NCBI RefSeq assembly: GCF_000981785.2
Contig: NZ_CP011304.1
Coordinates: 3,360,001-3,392,000, forward strand
Direction: 5' to 3'
Origin: Microcystis aeruginosa NIES-2549
Lineage (GTDB): Bacteria > Cyanobacteriota > Cyanobacteriia > Cyanobacteriales > Microcystaceae
DNA: 32,000 bases
Below the pieces are notes generated by a model. That model was not told the origin of the DNA and made no database searches. It saw only the letters and a program-made list of their open reading frames with translations. The translations under genes and the position numbers were made by a program. Positions 15,913 to 25,319 of this stretch are shown piece after piece. The stretch's first letter is position 1; each line of letters opens with the position of its first letter.

Positions 15913-16488
15913 CTAATTCCTTTCTGTCCAGAGACTATACTGGGTGGTATTTTGAGCCACAAGCATCTGAAAGGGAGAAACAGCGAATAAAGCGATCGCT
16001 ATCCAGCCCGTTAGGGAGGAATCGAACAATTCTAGGCATAACCAATAAAGGCAAGGAATGACTAAGATGCTTAAGAAAATCGAGAAAGTTCTGGCCGAAT
16101 TTTCGATGGGGATTAACTGCATCCAGAAGCGCGCTAACAAATGGTATAGGGGAGGATGTTCTGGATTCCCCATCATAGAGCGCAAGGCATCGGATAGAGA
16201 GCGTTCGGAATGAGGATGTTGAAAATATTGTAGGTCTTTCCTGTCAATAATTTCACCGTTGAAAGCCTGCTCCCGCACATCTTGAGTCGTGTATCCCGAA
16301 AAACGCATGATACTTCTAACTTCATCGGCACTATAGACTTTTTGATCTATATGAAAAAACCGCAATCCGATACCGATTACTAAAATAGTGATAATCAAAA
16401 ACTTTCCGAAATTAGCAGCCGATTGATCAGGTAAATATTTTTTCTGGTCTATCATAAGTTGATTTGTCCGTAGGTCATCAATCAACAA
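15913..16488 (-). pseudogene. N-terminal fragment (191 aa) of an ArnT/PMT-like (GT39/GT83) polytopic membrane glycosyltransferase
   Basis: A TM helix is followed by a loop with the family-typical acidic motif (KVYSADEVRS), then EHPPLYHLLARFW and further TM helices. Family members are normally over 450 aa. Here the frame stops at 15913 and another frame continues for 48 codons (15788-15934). Confidence 0.65.
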
Positions 16489-16515
16489 GAATTAATTGAT
16501 AGTTGTTTTAAAAGT

Positions 16516-17454
16516 TTAATTAATTTCCAGCCCAGCGATCTCAGCGATTGTATAGGCTGGTCTGCCCTTAACTTCTTCGTAAATTCGCCCGATGTATTCC
16601 CCTAATATGCCAATACTGATCAATTGTACTGAACCCAAGAAAAACACAGCGATCAAGATAGTAGCTAAACCGGTAACGGGAGAGTCGGGTTGCTGTAAGC
16701 GCCAGTAGAGAACCAGTAAAGCCATCAACAGGGCAATTAAAGCGGAAAATAAGCCCAAATAAGTGGAAAGACGCAGGGGAATCTTAGAAAAAGACACCAA
16801 GCTATTAATCGCTAAAGCTAGGGATTTTTTAAAAGTGTACTTGACTTCACCGGCAAACCGGGGATCCCGCTCAAATTTAACAGCAGTTTGTCGGAAACCA
16901 ATCCAAGCGCGCAAACCGCGAATATAACGATTCCGTTCTGGCATAGAATTTAATAGGTCCACTACCTGACGATCCATCAGACAAAAATCCCCCGTGTCCG
17001 CAGGGATATCCACGTCGGCTAATTGTCGCAGCAATCTATAGAAAACGTAGGCAGTCAGGCGTTTAAACCAACTTTCTTTTTTCCGTTTTGTTCTCTGGGC
17101 GTAAACCACATGATAACCTGCTTGCCAAGACTCGATCATTTTGGGAATCAATTCCGGTGGATCTTGCAAGTCGGCATCGAGGACAACAATAACTTGACCC
17201 CTAGCGAAATTGAGTCCTGCTGTTACTGCTGCCTGATGGCCAAAGTTGCGAGCAAAGCTAATATAACAGACCCTAGCATCTCTTTCCTGTAGTTCCCGCA
17301 TTAATTTTAAGGATCGGTCCCCACTGCCATCATTAATCAGAATCAGTTCCACAGAATCATCTAAACTATCCATGACGGCACTGACACGACGATAGAGTTC
17401 TGGAATGGTTTCTTCCTCGTTATAAATCGGAATAATTAGCGAATATTTCGGCAT
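16516..17454 (-). CDS. GT2-family glycosyltransferase, polyprenyl-phosphate sugar synthase type (ArnC/DPM1-like)
   Basis: 312 aa: [36 protein letters not shown], and two C-terminal TM helices, typical of ArnC-like enzymes. Confidence 0.9.
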   Translation of the reverse strand: MPKYSLIIPIYNEEETIPELYRRVSAVMDSLDDSVELILINDGSGDRSLKLMRELQERDARVCYISFARNFGHQAAVTAGLNFARGQVIVVLDADLQDPPELIPKMIESWQAGYHVVYAQRTKRKKESWFKRLTAYVFYRLLRQLADVDIPADTGDFCLMDRQVVDLLNSMPERNRYIRGLRAWIGFRQTAVKFERDPRFAGEVKYTFKKSLALAINSLVSFSKIPLRLSTYLGLFSALIALLMALLVLYWRLQQPDSPVTGLATILIAVFFLGSVQLISIGILGEYIGRIYEEVKGRPAYTIAEIAGLEIN

Positions 17455-17630
17455 TTTCGAGAGGTTGAACGGACAAAAGCCGTGTTTTTATGGCGGCCGC
17501 TACGCTAAATATTCTGCCAAAGTATCGCTTTTGTCAACTTAATAGATTACTGCTAAGCTGCATTGCATTTAAACTGCAAGCCATGAAAGGGAGGCTGATT
17601 TCTTGGTCAGCAGCAATAATCAAGCTGATT

Positions 17631-17724
17631 GCGATCGCTAACGCCGCCAGGGATTTAATTTTAAATAGTTTCGGCAGCGATCGCTATTGTCGCCAAAGTT
17701 AGACGGTTTTTCTCTGCTATTGGA
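17631..17724 (+). repeat. Right copy of the 94-bp direct repeat; holds a 3' remnant (24 codons plus stop, 17631-17702) of a second allele of gene 15432..15773
   Basis: It encodes IAIANAARDLILNSFGSDRYCRQS*, against FAIANAVSDLILDSLGIDRCCGQS* in the intact gene. The upstream part of track ORF 17490..17702 shows no similarity to that gene. Confidence 0.85.
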
Positions 17725-18507
17725 TTAAATGGCCAAAGAATGATCGAGGGTTGCTTGCCGACGCAAACAATTCCAGTAGGCTGCATAGAGATCCGTCTGT
17801 TGACTGTGCAGGGAAGCGATCGCAGGAGCGGCAGGAAAAGGCCAGAGACGATCAAAAACCACTTCTCGATGAGCCAGACGAAACTGTAGCAAATAAACAG
17901 AAGAAGGAGCCTGTAAATTATCCATTAATTGCGCTGCCAGCCGATGCAAAGACTTAAGACTCTCTCTTTCCAGACTAATCGGTTGACTGTAGGCGTTGGG
18001 GATCATGCCCTCCCCGATCACCTCCCCGTATTCTAAACCCTTAGATGTCACCGTGATCGGCAACCAAAGATCCCCAAAGGAAGAATCTCCCTGACTGGTT
18101 TTATAGTGCAGGGTATGGGAAACCCAAGCGCGTCTTTCCTCGATATCCCGACAAGCTTGATAAACTTTTTTACCCGGAAAACTCACCCAATTAGGCAATT
18201 GAATTGTTAAGGGACACCAGATTAAATTATTTTGGCTAGTTTTAGCCGACTCTATTTTTGACCACAAAGAAGCCGTACCCGTCACCTCCACCACCAAGGA
18301 TTTAGGAACCGCGTTTTTTAGGGCAATCACCATCTTTTCGGTAACGGGCGATAGCCGAGACATCTGACCACTGGCTTGAGCTTCGGCATTAACGAGAATG
18401 ATAACTTTGTCCATTTCTTGTTGTGGGTTGGGTGAACTTGAACGAGCAGCGGTGAGGTTGGTTAAGAGTGGGAACTGACTGGGGTTCAATGCTTCTGTAG
18501 TCGCCAT
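17725..18507 (-). CDS. Hypothetical protein, 260 aa
   Basis: Clean ORF with non-repetitive composition. I recognise no motif. Confidence 0.65.
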   Translation of the reverse strand: MATTEALNPSQFPLLTNLTAARSSSPNPQQEMDKVIILVNAEAQASGQMSRLSPVTEKMVIALKNAVPKSLVVEVTGTASLWSKIESAKTSQNNLIWCPLTIQLPNWVSFPGKKVYQACRDIEERRAWVSHTLHYKTSQGDSSFGDLWLPITVTSKGLEYGEVIGEGMIPNAYSQPISLERESLKSLHRLAAQLMDNLQAPSSVYLLQFRLAHREVVFDRLWPFPAAPAIASLHSQQTDLYAAYWNCLRRQATLDHSLAI

Positions 18508-18630
18508 GGCAAAAGCTATTTCTCTGGATTTTAGCGGATTATACAGGAGCGCAACTGTTTTTTACAGATTTTTTCAAAAACAACCATCTTCGAGGCGGGA
18601 TTTTTCTTCTCCCCCTCATAGAATACCCTA

Positions 18631-18706
18631 AGTAATCAGTGATCAGTAATCAGTGATCGGTGAACTGAAAACTCAACTCTGAATAACTGCTAACTGATCA
18701 CTGAAA
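18631..18706 (+). repeat. Heptamer-phased array AGTAATC AGTGATC AGTAATC AGTGATC GGTGAAC TGAAAAC ... CTGATCA CTGAAAT abutting the pdhA stop codon
   Basis: Read directly in 7-bp phase. The array ends at the pdhA TAA (18709-18707, minus). Confidence 0.85.
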
Positions 18707-19741
18707 TTACTCGTCTTCGGCGAAAATAAAGCGAGTTAGTTCACTAGGATCGGGTTCGGGGCTAGATTCGGCAAATTTAACCGCTTCCTCGATGTCAGCT
18801 TGAATTTTCTGCTCGATTTCTTTTAATTCCTCTCTCGTGGCCAGATCTCGCTCGTAGAGGTAGGCGGCAAAGCGAGTGATCGGATCTCTTTCGCCCCAGA
18901 ATTGTTTCTCGTCAGCACTGCGTAACTCGTCCGGATCTGCTAGAGAGTGACCCCGGAAACGATAGGTTAAGGCCTCAATTAAAGTCGGCCCCTCACCGGC
19001 GCGGGCGCGGGCCACGGCCTCTCTGGCGGCGGCATGAACGGCGACCACATCCATACCGTCCACTTCCACACCGACCATACTAAAAACACTGGCTTTTTTA
19101 TAGATTTCCGGTTGAGAAGTGGCTCGATCGTGGGCCATACCGATCGCCCACTTATTATTTTCCACCACATAGATAATCGGTAACTTCCAGAGGGCGGCCA
19201 TATTCAGACACTCAAAAAACTGGCCATTATTACTCGCCCCGTCCCCAAAGAAACAGACCGTTACCTGATCGGCACCGGCATCAGCCATGGCTTCGCGACG
19301 GTATTTACTTTGAAAAGCCGCTCCGGTAGCGACGGGAATCCCTTCGGCCACAAAAGCGTAACCCCCTAAAAGCTTATGTTCGGCGGAAAACATATGCATG
19401 GAGCCGCCCCGTCCTTTACTACAGCCAGTAGCTTTGCCGAATAACTCCGCCATTACCTCTTTAGCGGGAACTCCGGCACTGAGGGCGTGGACGTGATCGC
19501 GATAGGTGCTAGAAACGTAATCTTCTCCCTGACGCAAGGCTTTAATAATACCGCTAGATATCGCTTCTTGACCGTTGTAGAGGTGGACAAAACCGAACAT
19601 TTTGCCCCGATAATACATTTCGGCACATTTATCTTCAAACATCCGCCCCAAAACCATATCCTCGTATAGGCGAAGACCTTCAGCTTTGGTAATAATGATG
19701 GAAGCAGGATTAAAGGTTGGTAAAGTACGTTCGGAAATCAT
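18707..19741 (-). CDS. pdhA: Pyruvate dehydrogenase E1 component alpha subunit
   Basis: [17 protein letters not shown], the TPP-binding region [38 protein letters not shown], and [12 protein letters not shown]. The ATG at 19741 ([10 protein letters not shown]) is preferred over the track start at 19777. Confidence 0.93.
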   Translation of the reverse strand: MISERTLPTFNPASIIITKAEGLRLYEDMVLGRMFEDKCAEMYYRGKMFGFVHLYNGQEAISSGIIKALRQGEDYVSSTYRDHVHALSAGVPAKEVMAELFGKATGCSKGRGGSMHMFSAEHKLLGGYAFVAEGIPVATGAAFQSKYRREAMADAGADQVTVCFFGDGASNNGQFFECLNMAALWKLPIIYVVENNKWAIGMAHDRATSQPEIYKKASVFSMVGVEVDGMDVVAVHAAAREAVARARAGEGPTLIEALTYRFRGHSLADPDELRSADEKQFWGERDPITRFAAYLYERDLATREELKEIEQKIQADIEEAVKFAESSPEPDPSELTRFIFAEDE

Positions 19742-19988
19742 AGGGTCTGTAGTATCATTTAGACAACAAAAAAGCAAGGGGAGAGGAAGCAGTAGATTTT
19801 TCGAGAATTCTGGCAGTGAATTTTTTGGTCTTAAACCAAGGGGTTCTTGGTATTTTCTCTCTCAAATCTAATCTTAGTCAGTCAGAGATTGGCTAGGATA
19901 AGATGGTATCTTGTTATTTTACTCGCTCCGCTCTCACTTACATCATTTAATTCACTAAGGACTCTCCAGAGTTGAGGTACAGCTAACC

Positions 19989-22235
19989 GTGCGCATTCCT
20001 CTCGACTACTACAGGATATTGGGAATCCCCTTTCAGGTGAGTGCCGAGCAAATTGATTTGGCCCACGCCGATCGGGGACGGCAATTGCCACGTCAAGAAT
20101 ACAGTCAAACAGCGATCATCGCCCGTCAGCACTTGTTAGATGAAGCTTACCAAGTGTTAAGTGAGCCAGATCGCCGTCGTGATTACGATGCCCAATTTTT
20201 TGACCCCAATCCCTTGCTTCTCAACCCGGAAAGCAGCACCGAAAACCTAGATTCTCACGGGGGGGAGGTGGCCGCCGCTTCGCCAGAATATCTCACTCCC
20301 CAGATTACCATTGCTCCCGCCGATCTGGTGGGAGCTTTACTCATCCTGCAAGAGTTGGGAGAGTACGAGTTAGTGATTCGTTTGGCCGAAACTTATCTAG
20401 ATTCAGAGCCAACTACTCGCCCAGATATGATCTTAACCCTGGCTTTGGCCTACGGGGAATTAAGTCGGGAATATTGGCAGGATAAAAATTATGAACAGGC
20501 GGCCAGCACCGCGGCCAAAGCCCTGACTTGGTTGGAACAAGAACAAATGTTCCCGCAAGTGGCCGGCGAGATTCGCCATGATTGTGATCGCCTGCGTCCC
20601 TACCGGATTCTGGAATTGTTATCCCAAGAAAAAAAACCTAGTCTTGCCCGTCAGCGCGGTTTAAATCTCTTGGAGGAGATGTTAGAGGCTCGCGGCGGCA
20701 TCGATGGCCCCGGCGATGACCGCTCTGGGTTGGGGGTGGATAATTTTTTACGCTTTATTCAACAGTTACGGGTTTATTTGACTCAGGCCGAACAGGAGAA
20801 AATCTGGGACAAAGAGGCACAACGCCCCTCGGCGGTGGGTAATTATCTGCTCGTCTATGCCTTGATTGCCCGCGGTTTCGCCCAAAAACAACCCGCCGCT
20901 ATCGTCGCGGCCAGCCAGCGCCTGCAGCAATTACAAAAACATCAGGATGTCTCCCTAGAGCGATCGATCGGCGCCCTGCTGCTCGGTCAAACCGAACAAG
21001 CAATCACAATTTTAGAAAAAAGTCAAGAGCGAGAAATATTAAATTATATTAGGGAACAATCCGGGCAATCTCCCGATCTTCTACCCGGTTTATGTCGTTA
21101 CGGTGAGCGCTGGTTACAAACAGAAGTTTTCTGCCATTTTAGTGATTTAGTCGAGCGGAAAGCCTCACTCAAAGAGTATTTTGCCGAGGAAGACGTACAA
21201 AATTATTTAGAAGAATTGTCAGGGGTTCCTGACGAAAAAGTTCCCGTGTCGGTTCGAGAAAAGACTGGCGAACCCTTAGAATCGGAAGTAAATGTTCTCA
21301 AAACCCACACCCCCCCCAGCCATTTAAACCCAGTGCCAGGAGCGACACCGATGAGGGAATCTACTTATTCTTCTTCCCACTCTCGTCCCCAAAAACCGTC
21401 TTTAGCTAGAGTTAACGGTGAGCGGACAGGCACTGCTGTACCTGCCCTGAGAGCCACCGCTCAGGAGAAAACTTTCACCCCCTATACTCAGGGTACTGTG
21501 GTGGTGACGGCAGCCGATCATCAACCGGCACTTAATCCCCCCCGTCGTCGTCCCCGTCGCCCCCGCCCCCCAGCAGCTGGCAACTCCGGGCCGGCAGCCG
21601 TAGAAACGGTAAAAACCGACCTAGTCGCACCGAAACGCAGACGACCGGCCCGCAGAAAACTACGACTCGATCGAGTGGCGATATTGGGGGTAGGATTAGT
21701 GGGAACGATCGCAGTCTTGGCCCTGGGGGTGAAGGCAATTGTCGATAGTCAATCTCCTTTGGCAGCCTTGCAGGGGGAACAGTTACCGATTTCTCTGCAT
21801 ACTCCCATACTGGAAATTCCCTCGGCTAATGCGGAAGCGATGGACGGGACTCCCTTGGGCAAGGAAACAGCTAAGGAGACGATTCAAGCTTGGTTAGCGG
21901 CAAAATCGGCCGCTTTTGGCAGTGAACACCAAAAAGAGCCATTGAAAGAGGTTTTAACGGGTTCGGCCTTAGAAATTTGGCAAAAACGGGCGGCGGCTTT
22001 ACAGGGAAATAACTATTGGCGCTACGATCATCAGGTGGATGTGCGATCGGTTACTAATAATGTGAAAAATCCTAATTTAGCGACGGTGGAAGCGATAGTC
22101 AACGAAAAGGCCATGTATTTCCATAATGGCAAGGAAATTGTCGAGCGTTCCTATAATGAGTCCTTGAAGGTGCGCTATGATTTGGTACGGCAAGGAGATA
22201 AATGGTTGATCGAAAAAACCCAAGTTTTACCCTAA
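19989..22235 (+). CDS. zipN: Cell-division protein ZipN/Ftn2 (ARC6 homologue): degenerate N-terminal J-domain, Pro/Arg-rich linker, single TM, C-terminal periplasmic domain
   Basis: 748 aa. The N-terminus MRIPLDYYRILGIPFQVSAEQIDLAH...LLDEAYQVLSEPDRRRDYD matches Ftn2/ARC6. Further features: PRRRPRRPRPP..., TM VAILGVGLVGTIAVLALGV, and the C-terminal WLAAKSAAFG...YWRY... domain. GTG start. Confidence 0.9.
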   Translation: MRIPLDYYRILGIPFQVSAEQIDLAHADRGRQLPRQEYSQTAIIARQHLLDEAYQVLSEPDRRRDYDAQFFDPNPLLLNPESSTENLDSHGGEVAAASPEYLTPQITIAPADLVGALLILQELGEYELVIRLAETYLDSEPTTRPDMILTLALAYGELSREYWQDKNYEQAASTAAKALTWLEQEQMFPQVAGEIRHDCDRLRPYRILELLSQEKKPSLARQRGLNLLEEMLEARGGIDGPGDDRSGLGVDNFLRFIQQLRVYLTQAEQEKIWDKEAQRPSAVGNYLLVYALIARGFAQKQPAAIVAASQRLQQLQKHQDVSLERSIGALLLGQTEQAITILEKSQEREILNYIREQSGQSPDLLPGLCRYGERWLQTEVFCHFSDLVERKASLKEYFAEEDVQNYLEELSGVPDEKVPVSVREKTGEPLESEVNVLKTHTPPSHLNPVPGATPMRESTYSSSHSRPQKPSLARVNGERTGTAVPALRATAQEKTFTPYTQGTVVVTAADHQPALNPPRRRPRRPRPPAAGNSGPAAVETVKTDLVAPKRRRPARRKLRLDRVAILGVGLVGTIAVLALGVKAIVDSQSPLAALQGEQLPISLHTPILEIPSANAEAMDGTPLGKETAKETIQAWLAAKSAAFGSEHQKEPLKEVLTGSALEIWQKRAAALQGNNYWRYDHQVDVRSVTNNVKNPNLATVEAIVNEKAMYFHNGKEIVERSYNESLKVRYDLVRQGDKWLIEKTQVLP

Positions 22236-22312
22236 TTTTTGCCGATTAAATGCCCCAAAAACTAGGTTTTAAGCTGCTCGCACCTCCAATTAAGAGTGTA
22301 TGGCAGCTTTTT

Positions 22313-22410
22313 CAGTGATCGCTAAACAGTAAACAGTAATCATTGGGGAGTGGGGAAGTGGGGAGAAGGGGGCAGGGAGAAAAAAGCTGATCACTGATCA
22401 CTGATCACTG
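22313..22410 (+). repeat. Heptamer-phased array CAGTGAT CGCTAAA CAGTAAA CAGTAAT ... GAGTGGG GAAGTGG ... ATCACTG x3
   Basis: Read directly in 7-bp phase. It lies 78 bp downstream of the zipN stop. Confidence 0.85.
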
Positions 22411-22718
22411 AATTCCGACTGCCCCAAACGAAAACTTTGTACCTCACTATTAAGATAACTTCTATATCTTTAGACTGATAAATGCTCGATTCTCTTAATA
22501 TTTTTTAACATAAAATATGCTTTTTGATTGCTGTAATTAGTTCCCTAGAAGTCAAGCTAATGAGTTATGATCGTGGGTAGGAACCATAGTTCTTAGAGGA
22601 AAAAAGCGGGGCAATCTCAATTTTTTGCCTACCGACAAGACCATGATTTTGATGTTTTAAAAATCTCGCATAAGTCTTTAAGAACTTTTAAAATCAGCAT
22701 TCACACAGGAGGGATATT

Positions 22719-23036
22719 ATGACAGGTAAGAGTAAACGCGGTTTTGCCTCTATGGATCAGGCTAAACAACGGGAAATCGCTAGTAAAGGTGGTAAAGCTG
22801 CTCATCAAAAAGGCACAGCCCACGAATTTACCCCCGAAGAAGCCCGGGAAGCGGGACGAAAAGGCGGTGAAGCGGTTAGCCGAGATCGCGCCCACATGGC
22901 GGCTATTGGACGGGAAGGGGGCAAAAATTCCCACAAAGGCAGTCGCAAAAACTCAAACGCCGAAGAAAATTCCCCAGCCAACGAGTCTATGGGTGAAAAT
23001 TCCTCAGATTTTGGCAACTCGGAAGCAAATAGTTGA
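22719..23036 (+). CDS. KGG-repeat general stress protein (GsiB/YciG-like)
   Basis: 105 aa with repeated GG(K/E) units: SKGGKAAHQKG, EAGRKGGEA, IGREGGKNSHKG. Highly hydrophilic. Overlapping ORFs 22744..23046(+), 22805..23179(-) and 22701..22934(-) are judged spurious. Confidence 0.85.
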   Translation: MTGKSKRGFASMDQAKQREIASKGGKAAHQKGTAHEFTPEEAREAGRKGGEAVSRDRAHMAAIGREGGKNSHKGSRKNSNAEENSPANESMGENSSDFGNSEANS

Positions 23037-23081
23037 CTTTGGTTGACTTTTTCTCCGACTAAGAGGGTGTTGGGGATATTT

Positions 23082-23106
23082 AAGCTGTCAGCCGTCAGCT
23101 TTTTTC
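23082..23106 (+). terminator. Probable intrinsic terminator after the KGG gene
   Basis: AAGCTGTC-AGCC-GTCAGCTT (one mismatch) followed by TTTTT. Confidence 0.55.
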
Positions 23107-23147
23107 TCCCTGCATCCCTATTCTGGCGTTGCGGCGTTCCGGTGTTC

Positions 23148-23696
23148 TTAGGGTTCGATACTGACAATCCAAGTACCAACGTAGAGACGGACGGGAATAT
23201 TGCCGGAGGCAGTCACATCACAGGTAAAGTAATAAGTGCCTAATTCGGGATTTCTGACATTAGACATGACGATTTCAACTTTGCTGGTCGGATCGATCGC
23301 TTGTTCGGGGACAATTTGAATAACGCGAGCATCCTTATCCCAAACCACTTCCTTTAAAGGCAAAGATTTACCGTTGATGCGTACCTCGATTTTATTGGTG
23401 TCAAACTGGCCGTTAAAATAATCGGGATAGGAAATAAAAAAAGCTGAAGCCCCCTGGGAGAGTTTTTTCGGGGGAATATAGAGTTTATAACGATCCATTT
23501 GCTTGGGACGACCGCCAAATTGCAAGAAATAATCTAAGATATCCTTGCGATCAACGCCACTAAAAATGGTTAGGCCGGGGTTGCCATTGGCTAAAGTTAT
23601 TTTTGGTAAAATAATTCCCGCACCCACCGCTAAAGATAGAGCGATCAAAGCGGGTGTCCTAGCATATTTAATTACTTTTGTCAAGACTTTTAACAT
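23148..23696 (-). CDS. Cyanobacterial secreted/periplasmic hypothetical protein (DUF2808-like)
   Basis: 182 aa with an N-terminal signal/TM segment (ALIALSLAVGAGIIL). The family assignment is from memory of the overall pattern and is not verified. Confidence 0.65.
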   Translation of the reverse strand: MLKVLTKVIKYARTPALIALSLAVGAGIILPKITLANGNPGLTIFSGVDRKDILDYFLQFGGRPKQMDRYKLYIPPKKLSQGASAFFISYPDYFNGQFDTNKIEVRINGKSLPLKEVVWDKDARVIQIVPEQAIDPTSKVEIVMSNVRNPELGTYYFTCDVTASGNIPVRLYVGTWIVSIEP

Positions 23697-23814
23697 AAAT
23701 TTTAACCCAAGGTGAGGGGGATGGTGATGGCCGCAAGGGGCCGAATACAGTTCAACTGTAACAAAACGCGCTCGTTTCTGACCTAGACCTTTGCCAGTCC
23801 GATAAGTGTCTTGG

Positions 23815-24279
23815 TTAACGCTTCATCGCTCGCGCCATCTCCCGTTGATCCTGACGACGTTTCAAATCTTCGCGTTTATCGTGTAATTTCTTGCCTCTAC
23901 CGAGGCCAATGCTGATTTTTACCCAACTACCTTTAAAATACATCTTCAAAGGCACAAGAGTTAAGCCTTTCTGTTCCACTTGACCGATGAGTTTGCTGAT
24001 TTCCTTTTTGTGCATCAACAATTTTCTCGTCCGGCGCGGATCGTGATTAAAATATTCGCTACTCTGTTCGTAGGCGGAAATATGAACATTAATTAACACC
24101 GCTTCACCATTGCGGACTAAAACGTAACCATCCCGCAGGTTTACCTTACCGGCGCGCACAGATTTAACCTCGGTCCCGAGTAACTGCACCCCCGCTTCAA
24201 AAGTCTCTAAAATCTCGTAGAGATGGCGTGCTTGCCGGTTATCACTGATAATTTTGATTTTGTCGTCTTGATTAGCCAT
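23815..24279 (-). CDS. smpB: SsrA-binding protein SmpB
   Basis: 154 aa: [27 protein letters not shown]...NLRDGY..., [16 protein letters not shown]..., and the basic C-terminal tail [14 protein letters not shown]. Confidence 0.95.
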   Translation of the reverse strand: MANQDDKIKIISDNRQARHLYEILETFEAGVQLLGTEVKSVRAGKVNLRDGYVLVRNGEAVLINVHISAYEQSSEYFNHDPRRTRKLLMHKKEISKLIGQVEQKGLTLVPLKMYFKGSWVKISIGLGRGKKLHDKREDLKRRQDQREMARAMKR

Positions 24280-24286
24280 ATAGTCA

Positions 24287-24310
24287 AGTGAAAAGTGAAA
24301 AGTAAAAAAG
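24287..24310 (-). repeat. Heptamer array (sense to smpB: CTTTTTTA CTTTTCA CTTTTCA CT) immediately 5' of the smpB start
   Basis: The plus strand reads AGTGAAA AGTGAAA AGTAAAA AAG. The array ends 8 nt from the smpB ATG (24279). Compare 4577-4600. Confidence 0.85.
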
Positions 24311-24480
24311 CGATTGGTAGAGGCAGTATCGGCTAATTATCTCGATTTTTCCATGTCCTTATATTTATATCTTAATCGCTCTTTTGCTCTCTGGGGACTG
24401 ACTGCTTGCCGCTCTTTGGTGATCACCGGCCTTGTCAGGGGGAACGAGAAGGGGGAAAATGAGAGCAGTGTTAAATTTTT

Positions 24481-25182
24481 ATGAAGTTTGGTTCTGTGGA
24501 CAAAATTCGTACTGTTTCCGATAGTAAGCGTGATTTTTATACTCGCCACACCCGCCCCATCAATTCGGTATATCGGCGCGTGGTTGAGGAATTATTAGTC
24601 GAGATGCACCTGCTCTCCGTTAATGTAGATTTCCATTATGATCCAATTTATGCCCTTGGTGTGGTTACTTCTTTCGAGAAGTTCATGGAAGGCTATCGTC
24701 CGGGGGAGGATAAACCGAATATTTTTAATGCTTTGTGCCAAGCGGTTAATGGTAATCCCGAAGTCTATCGTCGTGATGCCGAAAATATGATCGCTATTGC
24801 CAAAGAAACTAATATTGATTCCTTGCTTTCCCAACTGCAAAACCCTGCCCTAGGTGGTGACAATCAGTTGTCTGATAGTTTAGTTTCGGTGATTAATGCG
24901 GCTAAGTTTAAGTATAGTCGCCTCTTTGCCATCGGTCTCTATACAATTTTAGCCGAAGCACAACCAGAGATGATCAAGGAAAAAGAAAAACGCGAACCAA
25001 TTTTGCAAAAGTTCTCAGAAATTCTGCATCTCTCCAGCGAGAAACTGCAAAAAGACCTCGATGTTTATCGCGGTAATCTTGATAAAATGGATCAGCTGCT
25101 CAAGGTTATCGAAGATGCCCTAGAAGCAGAAAAGAAAAAACGTCAACAAAAAGAACAGGAAAAACAAACCACCCCGCAATAA
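24481..25182 (+). CDS. thf1: Thylakoid formation protein Thf1 / Psb29
   Basis: 233 aa: RTVSDSKRDFYTRHTRPINSVYRRVVEELLVEMHLLSVN... is the conserved Thf1 N-terminus. The C-terminus is a charged coiled coil. The exact start (ATG at 24481 or the GTG a few codons in) is uncertain. Confidence 0.9.
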   Translation: MKFGSVDKIRTVSDSKRDFYTRHTRPINSVYRRVVEELLVEMHLLSVNVDFHYDPIYALGVVTSFEKFMEGYRPGEDKPNIFNALCQAVNGNPEVYRRDAENMIAIAKETNIDSLLSQLQNPALGGDNQLSDSLVSVINAAKFKYSRLFAIGLYTILAEAQPEMIKEKEKREPILQKFSEILHLSSEKLQKDLDVYRGNLDKMDQLLKVIEDALEAEKKKRQQKEQEKQTTPQ

Positions 25183-25319
25183 AGGCTCTCAACCGGAAAT
25201 TACCGCGTGCAGACAAGGGAATAGGGAACAGAAAAAGGATTAAATCGGCTCTCTTTCTTTACTGTTCCTTCTGACCTCGTTCTACAATTAGGATCGGCAA
25301 CCCTTAATATTTATTTCCC

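Noticed and set aside
17490-17630. N-terminal two thirds of track ORF 17490..17702(+)
   Set aside because: Only the last 24 codons resemble the intact gene at 15432. The rest overlaps the GT2 promoter region and looks non-coding, so the ORF as listed is not a gene.
19882-20091. Track ORF 19882..20091(-)
   Set aside because: It is antisense to the zipN start region and has no motif.
22701-23179. Track ORFs 22744..23046(+), 22805..23179(-) and 22701..22934(-)
   Set aside because: They overlap the KGG-repeat stress gene in alternative frames or strands. The KGG frame has the recognisable repeat motif and a clean ATG. The others are by-products of its biased composition.
24337-24549. Track ORF 24337..24549(-)
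   Set aside because: It lies in the smpB/thf1 divergent promoter region and overlaps the thf1 start. It is low-complexity with no motif.
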